Shown in pieces: positions 18,244-28,926 of a stretch of DNA of 37,764 nucleotides. This DNA comes from Nitrospirota bacterium (GTDB lineage Bacteria; Nitrospirota; Nitrospiria; JACQBW01). A model generated the notes under the pieces. The model saw only the letters and a program-made list of their open reading frames with translations, was not told where the DNA came from and did no database searches. A program made the translations under genes and the position numbers. The first letter of the stretch is position 1. Every line of letters starts with the position of its first letter. The stretch covers positions 1 through 37,764 of the forward strand of contig JACQBY010000028.1 of the NCBI GenBank assembly GCA_016201875.1, read 5' to 3'.

Positions 18244-19935
18244 CTATCCGGTGGTGGCTCCGGTAGCCGCTGACGAAACCAGTCTGGCATATTTCGCCAT
18301 AACCCCCTGTTTGTAGCGGGGAGCAGGAGACTGCCAGCTCTTTAGCCGTTTTGCCATTTCTTCTTCGGACAGTTCTACGTTTAATTCACGTTTGGCTATA
18401 TCAAAAACCACGATATCCCCGTCCCTCAAGGCGGCAATCGGTCCGCCGCGCGCGGCTTCCGGGGCAACATGCCCGACCATCAGACCGCGGGTGGCTCCGG
18501 AAAATCGCCCGTCGGTCAACAGGGCAACCGAATCCCCCATTCCGGCGCCGACAAGGGCGCTGGTCACTCCAAGCATCTCCCTCATTCCGGGTCCGCCGAC
18601 AGGACCTTCGTACCGGATCGCAACCACATCCCCCGATTGGATCACCCCTTTTTGAACAGCCTGAAAAGCGTCTTCTTCCCGGTCAAACACCCGGACGGTA
18701 CCGCGATGATACATTCTTTCATGGCCGGCCAGTTTCACCACCGACCCTTCGGGGGCAAGATTCCCTTTTAAGATCACCAACCCCCCGCTTTTTTTAATCG
18801 GGTTAGAAAGAGGGTGAACGACTTTTTGCCCCGGCGTCTCCCGGACCTGACGGACCTCCTCGCCGATCGTTCTTCCGGTGACGGTCATTTCATCTGCGTG
18901 GAGAAATCCCCCTTCCAGAAGCCTTTGTCCGACCAGAGGGATTCCCCCCGCCTCATAAAGGTCGGTTGCCACGAAATGGCCCCCCGGTTTCAGGTCGACC
19001 AGCATCGGCGTGCGCGAACTAATCTCTTCAAAATCGTCAATTTTCAAGGGAATCCCCGCTTCCTTTGCGATGGCGAGCAGATGAAGGACTCCGTTGGTCG
19101 AACCGCCTGTGGTGGCAATCGCCAGAATCGCATTTTCAATAGAACGGCGGGTCACAATCTGAGCGGGACGAAGTCCGCTTTTTACCATCGCCATGACCAT
19201 CTCCCCCGCTTTAAACGCCTCTTCGTCCTTTTTCGGGTCCATGGCAGGAACACCGTTGCTTCCGGCAGGCGAAAGGCCCATGATCTCTATGGCCGTAGCC
19301 ATGGTATTTGCCGTGAACTGGCCTCCGCAGGCTCCGGCGCCGGGACAGGCGGAATTTTCAATCTCGTCCAACTCTTTTTCGCTGATTTTTCCTTTTCCAA
19401 ACGCCCCTACTGCTTCAAACACATCCTGAATTGTAATATCCTTATCATGATACTGTCCCGGCATAATCGATCCGCCGTAAAGCATTAATGATGGGATATT
19501 CATCCGGATCATCGCCATGACCGTTCCGGGAATTGTTTTATCACAGCCTGAAAGGGTAACAAGGCCATCAAACATATTTCCCCTTGCCACCAGCTCGATA
19601 GAATCGGCAATCACTTCACGGCTGATCAGAGAGGTTTTCATCCCCTCCGTTCCCATCGTGATGCCATCCGAAATGGTCACGGTGTTAAATTCCATAGGGG
19701 TCCCCCCTGCGGCCCGGACTCCCTCTTTCACCTTTTCCGCAAGCCTCCGGAGGTGATAGTTACAGGGGCCGATCTCCGTCCAGGTATTGGCAATGCCGAT
19801 GATGGGACGTTCGAGGTCTTTCCCTGTAAATCCGACCGATTTTAACATTGCCCGCGAAGGGGCGCGGTTGGCTCCTTCGAGAAGAACCCTGCTATTCTGA
19901 TTCGCTCTGGTCATGTTCCCGCTCTCTTTCGTCAA
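18244..19935 (-). CDS. ilvD: Dihydroxy-acid dehydratase
   Basis: 563-aa ORF with ILVD/EDD family motifs: GIANTWTEIGPCN, SGCDKTIPG, SLMLYGGS, LLTDGRFSGAT. The start may be Met8 (19914). Confidence 0.95.
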   Translation of the reverse strand: MTKESGNMTRANQNSRVLLEGANRAPSRAMLKSVGFTGKDLERPIIGIANTWTEIGPCNYHLRRLAEKVKEGVRAAGGTPMEFNTVTISDGITMGTEGMKTSLISREVIADSIELVARGNMFDGLVTLSGCDKTIPGTVMAMIRMNIPSLMLYGGSIMPGQYHDKDITIQDVFEAVGAFGKGKISEKELDEIENSACPGAGACGGQFTANTMATAIEIMGLSPAGSNGVPAMDPKKDEEAFKAGEMVMAMVKSGLRPAQIVTRRSIENAILAIATTGGSTNGVLHLLAIAKEAGIPLKIDDFEEISSRTPMLVDLKPGGHFVATDLYEAGGIPLVGQRLLEGGFLHADEMTVTGRTIGEEVRQVRETPGQKVVHPLSNPIKKSGGLVILKGNLAPEGSVVKLAGHERMYHRGTVRVFDREEDAFQAVQKGVIQSGDVVAIRYEGPVGGPGMREMLGVTSALVGAGMGDSVALLTDGRFSGATRGLMVGHVAPEAARGGPIAALRDGDIVVFDIAKRELNVELSEEEMAKRLKSWQSPAPRYKQGVMAKYARLVSSAATGATTG

Positions 19936-19937
19936 TT

Positions 19938-20273
19938 TTATTTTCCGAAAATCTTATCGAGGAGAGGCTTCACCTCCCCTTTCCGCTCCATCTCATCCAA
20001 TATGTCGGTGTCCCCGTAAAACTCTCCGTCGATAAACACCTTGGGAAGCGTCGGCCAGTTGGTGATTTTGGAAAGGAGTTCTCTTTTCGGGGGATTATTC
20101 AAGACATCAATCACTTCAAAGGGATGCCCATATCTGCTGAAAAATTGAACGGTTTCCAGGGTAAAGCCGCACCGGGGCATCCCTTTGGTCCCTTTTCCGT
20201 AGACAAGGACCTTATGCTGAGAAATTTCTTTTTTAATCTCTTCTTCGATCAGGTTTTGATTTGAATTTTCCAT
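19938..20273 (-). CDS. grxD: Monothiol glutaredoxin (Grx4 type)
   Basis: 111-aa ORF. VLVYGKGTKGMPRCGFT (active site CGFT rather than CGFS) and NWPTLPKVFIDGEFYGDTDI. Confidence 0.88.
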   Translation of the reverse strand: MENSNQNLIEEEIKKEISQHKVLVYGKGTKGMPRCGFTLETVQFFSRYGHPFEVIDVLNNPPKRELLSKITNWPTLPKVFIDGEFYGDTDILDEMERKGEVKPLLDKIFGK

Positions 20274-20682
20274 CTGATTTCAGGTTCCTCCCCTTTTAAC
20301 ATTTTATTTCGCAGGAAACGCTCTTTAAGGGAACCTATTATACATGAAAGGAACCTTCAAGTTCAAACCCTGATTATCCGTCTACAATGAGATAGAAGGT
20401 TTTATGGCGGCGGGAAAAAATGAAATCAAAACCTCTAAATCTTGAAGTGGTGAACCCCTTCTTTTAATTTAATCATTGAATTCAAATGCTTTCATCAAAG
20501 ATAATATGAACAAAATAAAGTATAGCCGAAATGATAAAATCCGCAAATCATGAGCTTGAATATTCAGGCACTGTAAATTCAGGATGGTTTACTGTTCATG
20601 TTTTGAAATTTTTTTGGACAGTTGCCCGTTGATCCGGTATCATGAAAAACGGCGGCGGCTGATAATTTTTGATTCTAATGGA

Positions 20683-20976
20683 ATGCTTATGACCGGTTTA
20701 ATTCTGAGTAACCCCTGGTTTGTCTATATGCTGGAATGTGCCAACGGGGTGATTTACACCGGCATCACCAATAACATTCCCAAACGGTTTGCGAAACATG
20801 CCAGCGGGAAGGGGGCCATGTTTACGAGGCTTAACTGCCCGGTGAGGATGTTGGCCTCTCAACCGTTCGCCACTCGGAGCGAAGCGACAAAGATGGAAAT
20901 CTGGCTGAAGCGGCGGCGCCGCGCCGTCAAACTCGAGTGGATCACAGCGCATCGGCACGCTGGCGCCGACACTTGA
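20683..20976 (+). CDS. GIY-YIG nuclease-domain protein (UPF0213/YhbQ-like)
   Basis: WFVYMLECANGVIYTGITNNIPKRFAKHASGKGAMFTR...EATKMEIWLKR. I start at ATG 20683 (MLMTGL) rather than the track's 20584. Confidence 0.8.
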   Translation: MLMTGLILSNPWFVYMLECANGVIYTGITNNIPKRFAKHASGKGAMFTRLNCPVRMLASQPFATRSEATKMEIWLKRRRRAVKLEWITAHRHAGADT

Positions 20977-20998
20977 GTTAAATCTGCAAATGAGGTTC

Positions 20999-21127
20999 TT
21001 ATTTTGAAAGAAACCAGAGAATAGAATAAGCGATCATAAAACTTATCAAGAACAGGATTGTTCCAAACACTTTGGGATGTTTTAAAAACCAGTTCATCAG
21101 GAAGAATCTCCTTTCATTTCTAGCCAT
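20999..21127 (-). CDS. Possible 42-aa single-pass membrane peptide
   Basis: Shortened version of the 76-aa track ORF (MARNERRFFLMNWFLKHPKVFGTILFLISFMIAYSILWFLSK). The start overlaps the upstream stop by 8 nt. No homology recognised. Confidence 0.25.
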   Translation of the reverse strand: MARNERRFFLMNWFLKHPKVFGTILFLISFMIAYSILWFLSK

Positions 21128-21485
21128 TAAACGCTTTTTTGCGAAAATAAATATAAAGGGTAATGACCATAAGGGAAATAATAAAAATAATTCGTATTCT
21201 GCCGTAACCCAGGAGATAAAGGTTGGCAAAAGCGTTGATCAACCCAAAGGCGGCGTATGCCATGTAAAGGAGATAAGACCACCGTTTTTGTTTTAAAAAA
21301 CCGATTCCGATGAATCCGTGGAGAATGGGCGACTGAATCTTGGCGATCCAGCCCCCGATACCGGTAAAACTGGTTCCAAATATTTTTAAAGCGTAATGAG
21401 GGTTGGCAAAAATTAAATAACTGTCCATCAGGACATTGGATAAAAAAATCCACCCGATGATGGTCAAATCATACGGTTTTTTCAT
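21120..21485 (-). CDS. Small integral membrane protein (about 4 TM), function unknown
   Basis: The track ORF 21120-21566 is trimmed to MKKPYDL (ATG 21485) so that it does not overlap the archease gene. Hydrophobic segments throughout. Confidence 0.55.
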   Translation of the reverse strand: MKKPYDLTIIGWIFLSNVLMDSYLIFANPHYALKIFGTSFTGIGGWIAKIQSPILHGFIGIGFLKQKRWSYLLYMAYAAFGLINAFANLYLLGYGRIRIIFIISLMVITLYIYFRKKAFNG

Positions 21486-21535
21486 GGATAACCCCATGGC
21501 CGAGAAAAAAGCTTGTCTATTTCCTTTAACATATT

Positions 21536-21970
21536 TTAGACGTCCAGAACGGCTGTGGCGGTCCATCCCTCCCCGGCTATTTCCTTTACACTCAAACGGT
21601 GGAGCGTCACCGCCTTGACATCCACGTTTAAAGGGTGCTTCAGAGGGTCCGCCGCCTGGCCATACCCTCTGGCTTTCAGAATAAAAATATTTTCTCTTTT
21701 TTCAAGAGAAACCTTTTCAACCCGGACCAGAAGCTGTCTGGAATCTTTTAAAAAAATCAATTCATTGAGAAACCTGAAAAGGAGCATATCGAGTTCGGAA
21801 TGCGCCACCTCAAATTCAATTTTCTGATCGGGGCGAATGGTTTCGAGCTTTTCGACCATGACGTTCATGGCCGCATCGGCGGCGGATATAAATAATTCTT
21901 CAACCGTTCTTCCGGTTGCTTCAAAAGCGACATCTCCGCCGGCGATGTCTTCGCGAAACCGGTAAGGCAT
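21536..21970 (-). CDS. Archease (RtcB activator)
   Basis: 144-aa ORF 7 nt downstream of rtcB. GGDVAFEATGRTVEELFISAADAAMNVM and C-terminal VKAVTLHRLSV resemble archease family motifs. Confidence 0.8.
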   Translation of the reverse strand: MPYRFREDIAGGDVAFEATGRTVEELFISAADAAMNVMVEKLETIRPDQKIEFEVAHSELDMLLFRFLNELIFLKDSRQLLVRVEKVSLEKRENIFILKARGYGQAADPLKHPLNVDVKAVTLHRLSVKEIAGEGWTATAVLDV

Positions 21971-21977
21971 CTCAGGT

Positions 21978-23435
21978 TTATCCTTTTATATTCCCTATCG
22001 GAACCAGGCGGACCACCCGTTTACTTAATCCCGCCTGTTCGGTCGCGGCAACCACATCATCGATGTTTTTGTATGCCGCTCCCGCTTCTTCGGCCAGGCC
22101 TCCCCAGGATGTGCTTTTGACATAGATCCCCCGGGCTTCCATCCCCTTTTGAAGGGACTCTCCCCGATACATTTTTTTAGCCTTGTGCCGGCTCATGGTC
22201 CGGCCGCTTCCATGCGCAGTCGTATAAAAAGCGCCGGCGCCGGTTTTCAGGCCTGCCAGAAGATAGGAACCGGTCTCCATGCTCCCCCCGATGATAACCG
22301 GCTGACCCGTCTCCCGGTAACAGAGGGGAAGATCTGCCATCCCCGGGCCTAAAGCCCTCGTCGACCCTTTCCGGTGGACCAGAAGCTCTCTCGATTTTCC
22401 GTCAACGATATGCTTTTCCAGTTTGGCTGTATTGTGGGCCACATCATAGACCATCCGGATTCCAAGCGCTTCGGCAGACTTCTGGAAAAAACCTGAGAAA
22501 ACCTCTCTCAGGCGGTGAAGGATCACCTGCCGGTTGGCAAAAGCCATATTAACGGCGCATTTCATGGCGGCAAAATAATCCTGCCCTTCGGGAGAGTGAA
22601 AAGGAGCGCAGGCAAGTTCACGGTCGTTGACCTTGATGTTGTATTTTTTCTCCATGACGCCCAGAAAGAGCTCGAGATAATCGGTGGCTACCTGATGGCC
22701 AAAACCCCGGCTCCCGCAATGGAACATGATGACCACCTGGTTGGGAATGGTCAATCCAAACGCATGGGCCAGCTTTTCGTCAAAAATATTCTCAGGCTTT
22801 ACCACCTGGATCTCGCAGTAATGATTCCCGGATCCAAGGGTCCCCACCTGGTTTAGCCCCCGTTCAATCGCCCTCTTGCTGATTTTCGAGGGATCCGCTC
22901 CGGGAAAAGCGCCTTCCTCTTCCGTCCGCTCTAAATCCTCATTCCAGGCATATCCATTTTTCAAACACCAGCGGGAACCTTCAACCAGAACTTTCTTAAA
23001 ATCCTCAGGGGAAAGCCTGATAAATCCGGCGCTTCCCACTCCGGAGGGAATCCGGTTAAACATGGCGTCAACCAGCTGATGCAACCGGGGCTTCACTTCG
23101 TCATAGGTCAGGTTCGTGACGACCAGCCGCATTCCGCAGTTAATATCGAAACCGATCCCGCCCGGGGAAATCACCCCTGTTTGCGGGTCCATCGCGGCGA
23201 CTCCGCCGATCGGAAAACCGTATCCCCAATGACCGTCGGGCATACAGTAGGCGTATTTGACAATCCCCGGAAGAAACGCGACGTTCGCCACCTGCTCAAA
23301 AACGCCGTCGTCCATCTCCCTGAGAAGTTTTTCGGTGGCAAAAATCCGTGCGGGAACCCGCATTCCCGGCTTATAGGTTACCGGGAGCTCCCAGACGGTG
23401 TCTGATATTTTGATCAGTTCAGAAGGGATTGTCAT
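21978..23435 (-). CDS. rtcB: RNA 3'-phosphate/5'-OH ligase RtcB
   Basis: 485-aa ORF with MPDGHWGYGFPIGGV, GFDINCGMR, GSGNHYCEIQ, HCGSRGFGHQ and TAHGSGR. Confidence 0.95.
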   Translation of the reverse strand: MTIPSELIKISDTVWELPVTYKPGMRVPARIFATEKLLREMDDGVFEQVANVAFLPGIVKYAYCMPDGHWGYGFPIGGVAAMDPQTGVISPGGIGFDINCGMRLVVTNLTYDEVKPRLHQLVDAMFNRIPSGVGSAGFIRLSPEDFKKVLVEGSRWCLKNGYAWNEDLERTEEEGAFPGADPSKISKRAIERGLNQVGTLGSGNHYCEIQVVKPENIFDEKLAHAFGLTIPNQVVIMFHCGSRGFGHQVATDYLELFLGVMEKKYNIKVNDRELACAPFHSPEGQDYFAAMKCAVNMAFANRQVILHRLREVFSGFFQKSAEALGIRMVYDVAHNTAKLEKHIVDGKSRELLVHRKGSTRALGPGMADLPLCYRETGQPVIIGGSMETGSYLLAGLKTGAGAFYTTAHGSGRTMSRHKAKKMYRGESLQKGMEARGIYVKSTSWGGLAEEAGAAYKNIDDVVAATEQAGLSKRVVRLVPIGNIKG

Positions 23436-24424
23436 TGTTTTAAAAAAGCAAATTGTGCGGCTCCTGAAAGAGGAGCCTTTTCGTTTAAAATCACTCCAAC
23501 CGGAATCCGGCGCATGAAAGCGGAAAAACGACCCTTGTCTTGAAAAGCCTGGATAAAGGGCCCCTCCATCAGCCGGGATAGAATCCTGGAGGCAATTCCT
23601 CCCCCAATGTAAAGCCCCCCCGTCGCCATGGTTTTAAGAACCAGATTCCCCCCCTCGGCCCCATAAATCGATACAAACAGGTCAAGCGCCCTGACACAGA
23701 GGGGATTTTCTCCCTTGAGCGCGACCTCTGAAATCACCGCCGCCGGATCTTCTTTTTCCAGCCGTTGACGGATCCAGGCCGGCTCGCCGTCATGACCCGA
23801 TTCCTTATCACCTGATTCTTTTAAAAAAGAATAGAGATTAAAAAGACCGGAACCGGAGAGAACCCGTTCATAACTGGCATGGCCGAACCGTTTCCATAAA
23901 TATTCCAGCAGTCTGATTTCAAGGGGATTTCGCGGCGCAAAATCGCAATGCCCTCCTTCCGAAGCGAGTGTCCGGAAATTGCCACCCTCGCAAAAGAGAA
24001 TCGACTCCCCCAGACCGGTTCCTGCGGCAATGACGGCTCTGGGACCATCCGGGTCAGGCTCCCCCGTCTGAAGCCACTTTATTTCATCTTTCTTTAGAAG
24101 CAAGGTGCCGAAGGCCGCCGCCTCCAGATCATTGAGCAAAAAAACGGAAGGAATTTCAAACTGCCGGACAATTTGAGAAGCATCGATGACCCAGGGGAGA
24201 TTGGTTGTTTCACTCCGGCCGTTTAATACCGGCCCCGCTACCCCAAAAGCGGCCAGACCTAATTTAACCTTTTTGTCTTTTAGAAATTCCTTTAAAACAG
24301 CTTCAAAGCTGGCGTAGCGCCGGCTGGGAAAAGATTGTTCTTCTTTGAGTACAATCTCTCCCTGCCGGGATTCAAAAATCCCCAGCGTGGTTTTGGTTCC
24401 TCCGATGTCCCCTGCCAGAATCAT
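23432..24424 (-). CDS. glk: Glucokinase
   Basis: 330-aa ORF. N-terminal ILAGDIGGTKT, internal AAGTGLGE and a GGGIA motif. The stop overlaps the rtcB start (ATGA). Confidence 0.85.
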   Translation of the reverse strand: MILAGDIGGTKTTLGIFESRQGEIVLKEEQSFPSRRYASFEAVLKEFLKDKKVKLGLAAFGVAGPVLNGRSETTNLPWVIDASQIVRQFEIPSVFLLNDLEAAAFGTLLLKKDEIKWLQTGEPDPDGPRAVIAAGTGLGESILFCEGGNFRTLASEGGHCDFAPRNPLEIRLLEYLWKRFGHASYERVLSGSGLFNLYSFLKESGDKESGHDGEPAWIRQRLEKEDPAAVISEVALKGENPLCVRALDLFVSIYGAEGGNLVLKTMATGGLYIGGGIASRILSRLMEGPFIQAFQDKGRFSAFMRRIPVGVILNEKAPLSGAAQFAFLKQ

Positions 24425-24515
24425 GGTTTAAAATATACTCCTGAGAAGCCGCTTTTTCAACAAACGAAAAGAGATGAACATTTGACAAAGAGGTTCAACC
24501 TATTTATTCTAGTCA

Positions 24516-26513
24516 TTGATGGAACAAAAACAGAAATCTGAAAAAAATAGTCCCCCGATTCAGCCGCTTTTTCACTCTGCGAGCCTTTTAACGGATTACG
24601 ATATCTACCTTTTCAAGCAGGGGAATCATTGTCATCTTTATGAAAAGCTGGGCGCCCACCTCATGACTGTTGAGGGTTTAATAGGGACCCTCTTCGCCGT
24701 CTGGGCCCCCAATGCGGAGCAGGTGTCGGTCATCGGCGATTTTAATCATTGGAATCCCGGGTCCCATCCTCTCCGGGCGAGAAAAGATGAATCGGGCATA
24801 TGGGAAGGGTTCGTCCCCGGGGTTGGGCATGGAGCGCTCTACAAGTATCATCTCATCTCCAGACATCACCGTCACACCATTCAGAAAGGGGATCCTTTTG
24901 CCTTTTTCTGGGAGGTCCCGCCCAGGACGGCTTCGGTGGTCTGGGACCTCGGTTATGACTGGCAGGATCAGGCGTGGATGACGACACGGTCTCATGCCAA
25001 CGCGCTCACCGCCCCTCTGGCCATTTATGAATTCCATCCCGGATCCTGGAAACAGCGCCCCGAAAAGGATGGCCGGTTTCTGACCTATCGGGAACTGGCC
25101 CATGATCTTGCAGAGTATATCAAGGAAACGGGCTTTACCCATGTTCAGTTGTTGCCGGTGATGGAACATCCCTTTTATGGATCATGGGGTTATCAGACTG
25201 TCGGATATTTTGCCCCCACCTGCCGCTTTGGAACTCCTCAGGACTTCATGGCTTTTGTCGATTATCTCCACCAGCAGGGAATTGGCGTCATCCTGGATTG
25301 GGTCCCCTCTCATTTTCCGGCGGATGAGCATGGGCTCTTTAAATTTGACGGAACACACCTTTATGAACATGCAGACGTTCGGAAAGGATTCCATCCCGAT
25401 TGGAAAAGCGCCATCTTTAACTATGGACGGCAGGAAGTCCGTTCTTTTCTGATCAGCAGCGCTGTTTTCTGGCTAAAACAATATCATACCGACGGCCTCC
25501 GGGCGGACGCCGTGGCTTCCATGCTCTATCTGGACTACTCCAGACAAAAAGGGGAATGGATCCCAAACGAACATGGAGGGCGTGAAAACCTGGAAGCCAT
25601 TGCCTTTTTAAAACAATTGAATGAAACCACATACGGCGAAGTCCCCGATACCCAGACCATTGCGGAAGAATCGACGGCCTGGCCGATGGTCTCGAAACCA
25701 ACGTATCTCGGAGGCCTGGGCTTTGGTATGAAGTGGAACATGGGCTGGATGCACGATACGCTAAAATTTTTCTCCATGGATCCCCTCTATCGAAAATACC
25801 ATTATGATTTGCTCACCTTCAGCCTCTGGTACGCCTTTTCGGAAAACTTTATTTTGCCCCTCTCTCATGATGAGGTGGTGCATGGGAAAGGCTCGCTCAT
25901 CGGAAAAATGCCCGGCGATGAATGGCAGCGTTTTGCCAATCTGCGATTGCTCTTTGGGCTGATGTATGGTCAGCCGGGAAAGAAACTTCTGTTCATGGGA
26001 GCAGAATTTGGCCAGATCCGCGAGTGGAGCCATGAGGAGGGTCTCGAGTGGCATATCCTGGGATATCCCTATCACCGGGGAATCCAGCGCTGGGTCCGGG
26101 ACCTCAACCGCGTTTACAGATCCAGTCCGCCCCTTTACGAGATTGACTCTGACCCGGAAGGATTTGAATGGATTGATTTTCAGGACCGTGAACAGGGGGT
26201 ATTTAGTTTTATCCGAAAGGGGAAATCGACCGGCGACCTCGTCTTCGTGGTCTGCAATTTTACCCCCGTGATTCGGAACGGTTACCGGATTGGCATCCCA
26301 GGGGACGGATTCTGGAGGGAGATCTTAAACAGTGATGCCGAAATCTACGGCGGAAGCGGCTGTGGAAATTTCGGGGGAGTAACGGCCTCTCCCATTCCGG
26401 CCCATGGACGGCCCTGTTCCCTTGTACTGACATTGCCCCCGCTCGGGGTTCTTTTTTTCTCCGGCAAAGCGTCTCCTCTCTCCCTCTCTCAGGATAATGG
26501 GTACCATGGATAA
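24516..26513 (+). CDS. glgB: 1,4-alpha-glucan branching enzyme (GH13)
   Basis: 665-aa ORF with [30 protein letters not shown] and [10 protein letters not shown]. Confidence 0.95.
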   Translation: MMEQKQKSEKNSPPIQPLFHSASLLTDYDIYLFKQGNHCHLYEKLGAHLMTVEGLIGTLFAVWAPNAEQVSVIGDFNHWNPGSHPLRARKDESGIWEGFVPGVGHGALYKYHLISRHHRHTIQKGDPFAFFWEVPPRTASVVWDLGYDWQDQAWMTTRSHANALTAPLAIYEFHPGSWKQRPEKDGRFLTYRELAHDLAEYIKETGFTHVQLLPVMEHPFYGSWGYQTVGYFAPTCRFGTPQDFMAFVDYLHQQGIGVILDWVPSHFPADEHGLFKFDGTHLYEHADVRKGFHPDWKSAIFNYGRQEVRSFLISSAVFWLKQYHTDGLRADAVASMLYLDYSRQKGEWIPNEHGGRENLEAIAFLKQLNETTYGEVPDTQTIAEESTAWPMVSKPTYLGGLGFGMKWNMGWMHDTLKFFSMDPLYRKYHYDLLTFSLWYAFSENFILPLSHDEVVHGKGSLIGKMPGDEWQRFANLRLLFGLMYGQPGKKLLFMGAEFGQIREWSHEEGLEWHILGYPYHRGIQRWVRDLNRVYRSSPPLYEIDSDPEGFEWIDFQDREQGVFSFIRKGKSTGDLVFVVCNFTPVIRNGYRIGIPGDGFWREILNSDAEIYGGSGCGNFGGVTASPIPAHGRPCSLVLTLPPLGVLFFSGKASPLSLSQDNGYHG

Positions 26514-28926
26514 ATACATCTGCATCCATGGACATTTTTACCAGCCTCCGCGGGAAAATCCCTGGCTCGAAGAGGTTGAGCTCCAGGACTCGGCCTACCC
26601 TTATCATGATTGGAACAAACGGATTACCGCAGAGTGTTACGCCCCTAATGCGGCCTCCCGAATTCTCGGCCCGGATGGAAAGATTATTGATATCGTCAAT
26701 AACTACGCCAGGATTAATTTCAATTTCGGGCCAACCCTGTTGTCCTGGCTGGAACGCCATCAACCCGAGGCGTATCAGGCTATTTTAGAAGCAGACCGGC
26801 TCAGTATCGCGCGATTCTCGGGCCACGGTTCGGCCATGGCCCAGGTCTATAACCATATGATCATGCCCCTGGCCGGCAAAAGGGACAAAACGACGCAGGT
26901 TCTCTGGGGAATTCGGGACTTTGAAAGGAGATTCCGCCGGTTTCCTGAAGGGCTCTGGCTCCCGGAAACGGCTGTCGATCTTGAAACCCTTGAGGTCCTT
27001 GCCGACCTGGGGATCCGGTTTACCGTTCTGGCTCCCCGCCAGGTACGAAGGGTCAAGGCCTTTTCAGAAGAAAAATGGGAGGAAGTCGAAGGGGAAGGCG
27101 TTGATCCCACCATGGCTTATCTCTGCCCGCTCCCCTCCGGAAAATCCATCCATGTCTTTGTGTACGATGGCTCCATCTCCCGGGATGTGGCCTTTGGAGG
27201 GTTATTGAGGAACGGAGAGACCTTTGCCAGGAAGCTTCTGGACGCCTTTCCTAAAGATCGGGTTGGGCCGCAGGTGGTCCATATCGCCACCGACGGAGAA
27301 ACCTACGGGCATCATCAACGCTACGGCGATATGGCGCTCTCTTACTGCCTCTATTCCATCGAGTCGGAAAAGATGACGGAATTGACCAATTACGGGGCAT
27401 ATCTTGAAAAACATCCCCCCACCCATATGATTGAGATTGCGGAAAACACCTCCTGGAGCTGTGCCCATGGGATTGAGCGGTGGCGGACCCATTGCGGATG
27501 CCATTCGGGAGCGCACCCGGAATGGACGCAGTCCTGGAGGAAGCCTTTACGCGATGCCATGGATTGGCTGAGGGACCGGGTTCTGGCCATCTATGAAAAA
27601 AATACCTCGGGTTATCTACGGGATCCATGGCAGGCAAGGGATGAATATATCGAAGTGATCTCCAATCGGTCCAGAACTGACGTCGGAAATTTTTTAAGGC
27701 GTCATGAGGCCAAACCCCTGAGCCAGGATGATCTCTCCCGAATGTTAAAGCTTCTGGAGACCCAGCGGCATTCCATGCTGATGTATACCAGCTGCGGGTG
27801 GTTCTTCGATGACGTTTCGGGGATAGAAACCATCCAGGTGATGCAATACGCCGCCAGGGTCATTCAACTTGCGGAAGAGATAGAGAATATCTCCCTCGAG
27901 CCGGAGTTCATGAAGTTCCTTCAGAAGGCTCCGGGCAATCTGCATGAAAATGGCGCTGACGTTTATGAGAGGTTTGTCACTCCTTCCCGGGTGGACCTTC
28001 TTCGGGCAGGGGCTCACCATGCGATGATGTCCCTTTTTGACTCCTGTCCCGACTGCGTCAAAATCTATTGCTACACCATTTACAACGAGGGTTACGAACG
28101 GCTGACAGCCGGAAAGCTTAAACTGGTGATGGGGAAAACCCGGGTCGTCTCAGACATCACCTGGGAGGAGCGCACCCTCTGCTTCGCCGTTTTACACCTG
28201 GGAGATCATAATATCAACGGCGGGGTCTGCCTGTTTCCGGGCGAGGGAAGCTTTTCAACCTTTCAGGGGGAGATCCGCTCCGCTTTTGAGAAAGGGGATG
28301 TTCCCGAGGTGATCCGCCTGCTGACTAAACATTTCGGAGAGCACAACTATTCGGTGTCAGACCTGTTTAAAGATGAACAGCGCACGGTTCTAAACCAGAT
28401 CCTGAAGCTGACTTATAAAGAGATTGCCGCCGCGTTCGGCCAGATTCATGAAAACCATTACGCCCTGATGAATTTCTTCCAGAGCCTCCATATTCCGATC
28501 CCCAGGCCGCTCTTGCTGACCATGGATTTTGTGACCAACGCCAACATTCAGGAGACCCTTCGGCAAGAGGAGGTAGACCTTCTGCGGCTGGAAAAGCTGA
28601 TCAAAGAGGCAAAACGATGGTCTGCAAGATTGGACACTGTCAATATTGGATTTTTGGCCAACATGAAGATCGAAGCGCTGTTGACCCGGTCTTCGATGAA
28701 TCCGGAAGATATGGCCATGCTGGAATCGGTTAATAACATCCTTGAAAGGCTAACCCCTCTTCAAATCGAGCTGAACCTGTGGAAGCCGCAAAATTTGTAC
28801 TTTGCCATCGGAAAGCGCGTTTACCTGAAAATGAGTGAACAGGCAAACCAGGGGGAGGCTTCCGCAAAAAAGTGGGTGGAGGCATTCCTGAAGCTGGGGC
28901 AATACCTCCATGTCAAGGCCTCCTGA
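26506..28926 (+). CDS. Glycoside hydrolase family 57 protein with a long C-terminal (DUF3536-like) extension
   Basis: [21 protein letters not shown]-terminus, [12 protein letters not shown] region, about 806 aa. The alternative ATG is at 26497. It overlaps the glgB stop. Confidence 0.88.
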   Translation: MDKYICIHGHFYQPPRENPWLEEVELQDSAYPYHDWNKRITAECYAPNAASRILGPDGKIIDIVNNYARINFNFGPTLLSWLERHQPEAYQAILEADRLSIARFSGHGSAMAQVYNHMIMPLAGKRDKTTQVLWGIRDFERRFRRFPEGLWLPETAVDLETLEVLADLGIRFTVLAPRQVRRVKAFSEEKWEEVEGEGVDPTMAYLCPLPSGKSIHVFVYDGSISRDVAFGGLLRNGETFARKLLDAFPKDRVGPQVVHIATDGETYGHHQRYGDMALSYCLYSIESEKMTELTNYGAYLEKHPPTHMIEIAENTSWSCAHGIERWRTHCGCHSGAHPEWTQSWRKPLRDAMDWLRDRVLAIYEKNTSGYLRDPWQARDEYIEVISNRSRTDVGNFLRRHEAKPLSQDDLSRMLKLLETQRHSMLMYTSCGWFFDDVSGIETIQVMQYAARVIQLAEEIENISLEPEFMKFLQKAPGNLHENGADVYERFVTPSRVDLLRAGAHHAMMSLFDSCPDCVKIYCYTIYNEGYERLTAGKLKLVMGKTRVVSDITWEERTLCFAVLHLGDHNINGGVCLFPGEGSFSTFQGEIRSAFEKGDVPEVIRLLTKHFGEHNYSVSDLFKDEQRTVLNQILKLTYKEIAAAFGQIHENHYALMNFFQSLHIPIPRPLLLTMDFVTNANIQETLRQEEVDLLRLEKLIKEAKRWSARLDTVNIGFLANMKIEALLTRSSMNPEDMAMLESVNNILERLTPLQIELNLWKPQNLYFAIGKRVYLKMSEQANQGEASAKKWVEAFLKLGQYLHVKAS

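Noticed and set aside
18351-19756. Several 78-224-aa plus-strand ORFs (for example 18814-19488)
   Set aside because: They are antisense shadows inside GC-rich ilvD. The Arg/Pro/Gly-rich translations have no domain signatures.
20584-20682. N-terminal 33-codon extension of the GIY-YIG ORF
   Set aside because: The conserved GIY-YIG domain begins right after Met34/Met36. The extension (MVYCSCFEIFLDSCPL...) looks non-coding.
21127-21453. 108-aa alternative-frame ORF overlapping the membrane protein gene
   Set aside because: It is on the same strand as, and nested within, the more plausible hydrophobic 21120-21485 reading frame. Its translation is not protein-like (Arg/Pro/Gln-rich).
24678-26763. 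Minus-strand ORFs of 66-167 aa (24678-25169, 25761-26075, 26260-26763 and others)
   Set aside because: They are antisense to glgB and GH57, whose calls are strong. No motifs were recognised.
28872-28925. Track start of the malQ ORF, 18 codons upstream of my start
   Set aside because: The extension overlaps the GH57 3' end. ATG 28926 gives the typical amylomaltase N-terminus and a TGATG stop/start overlap.
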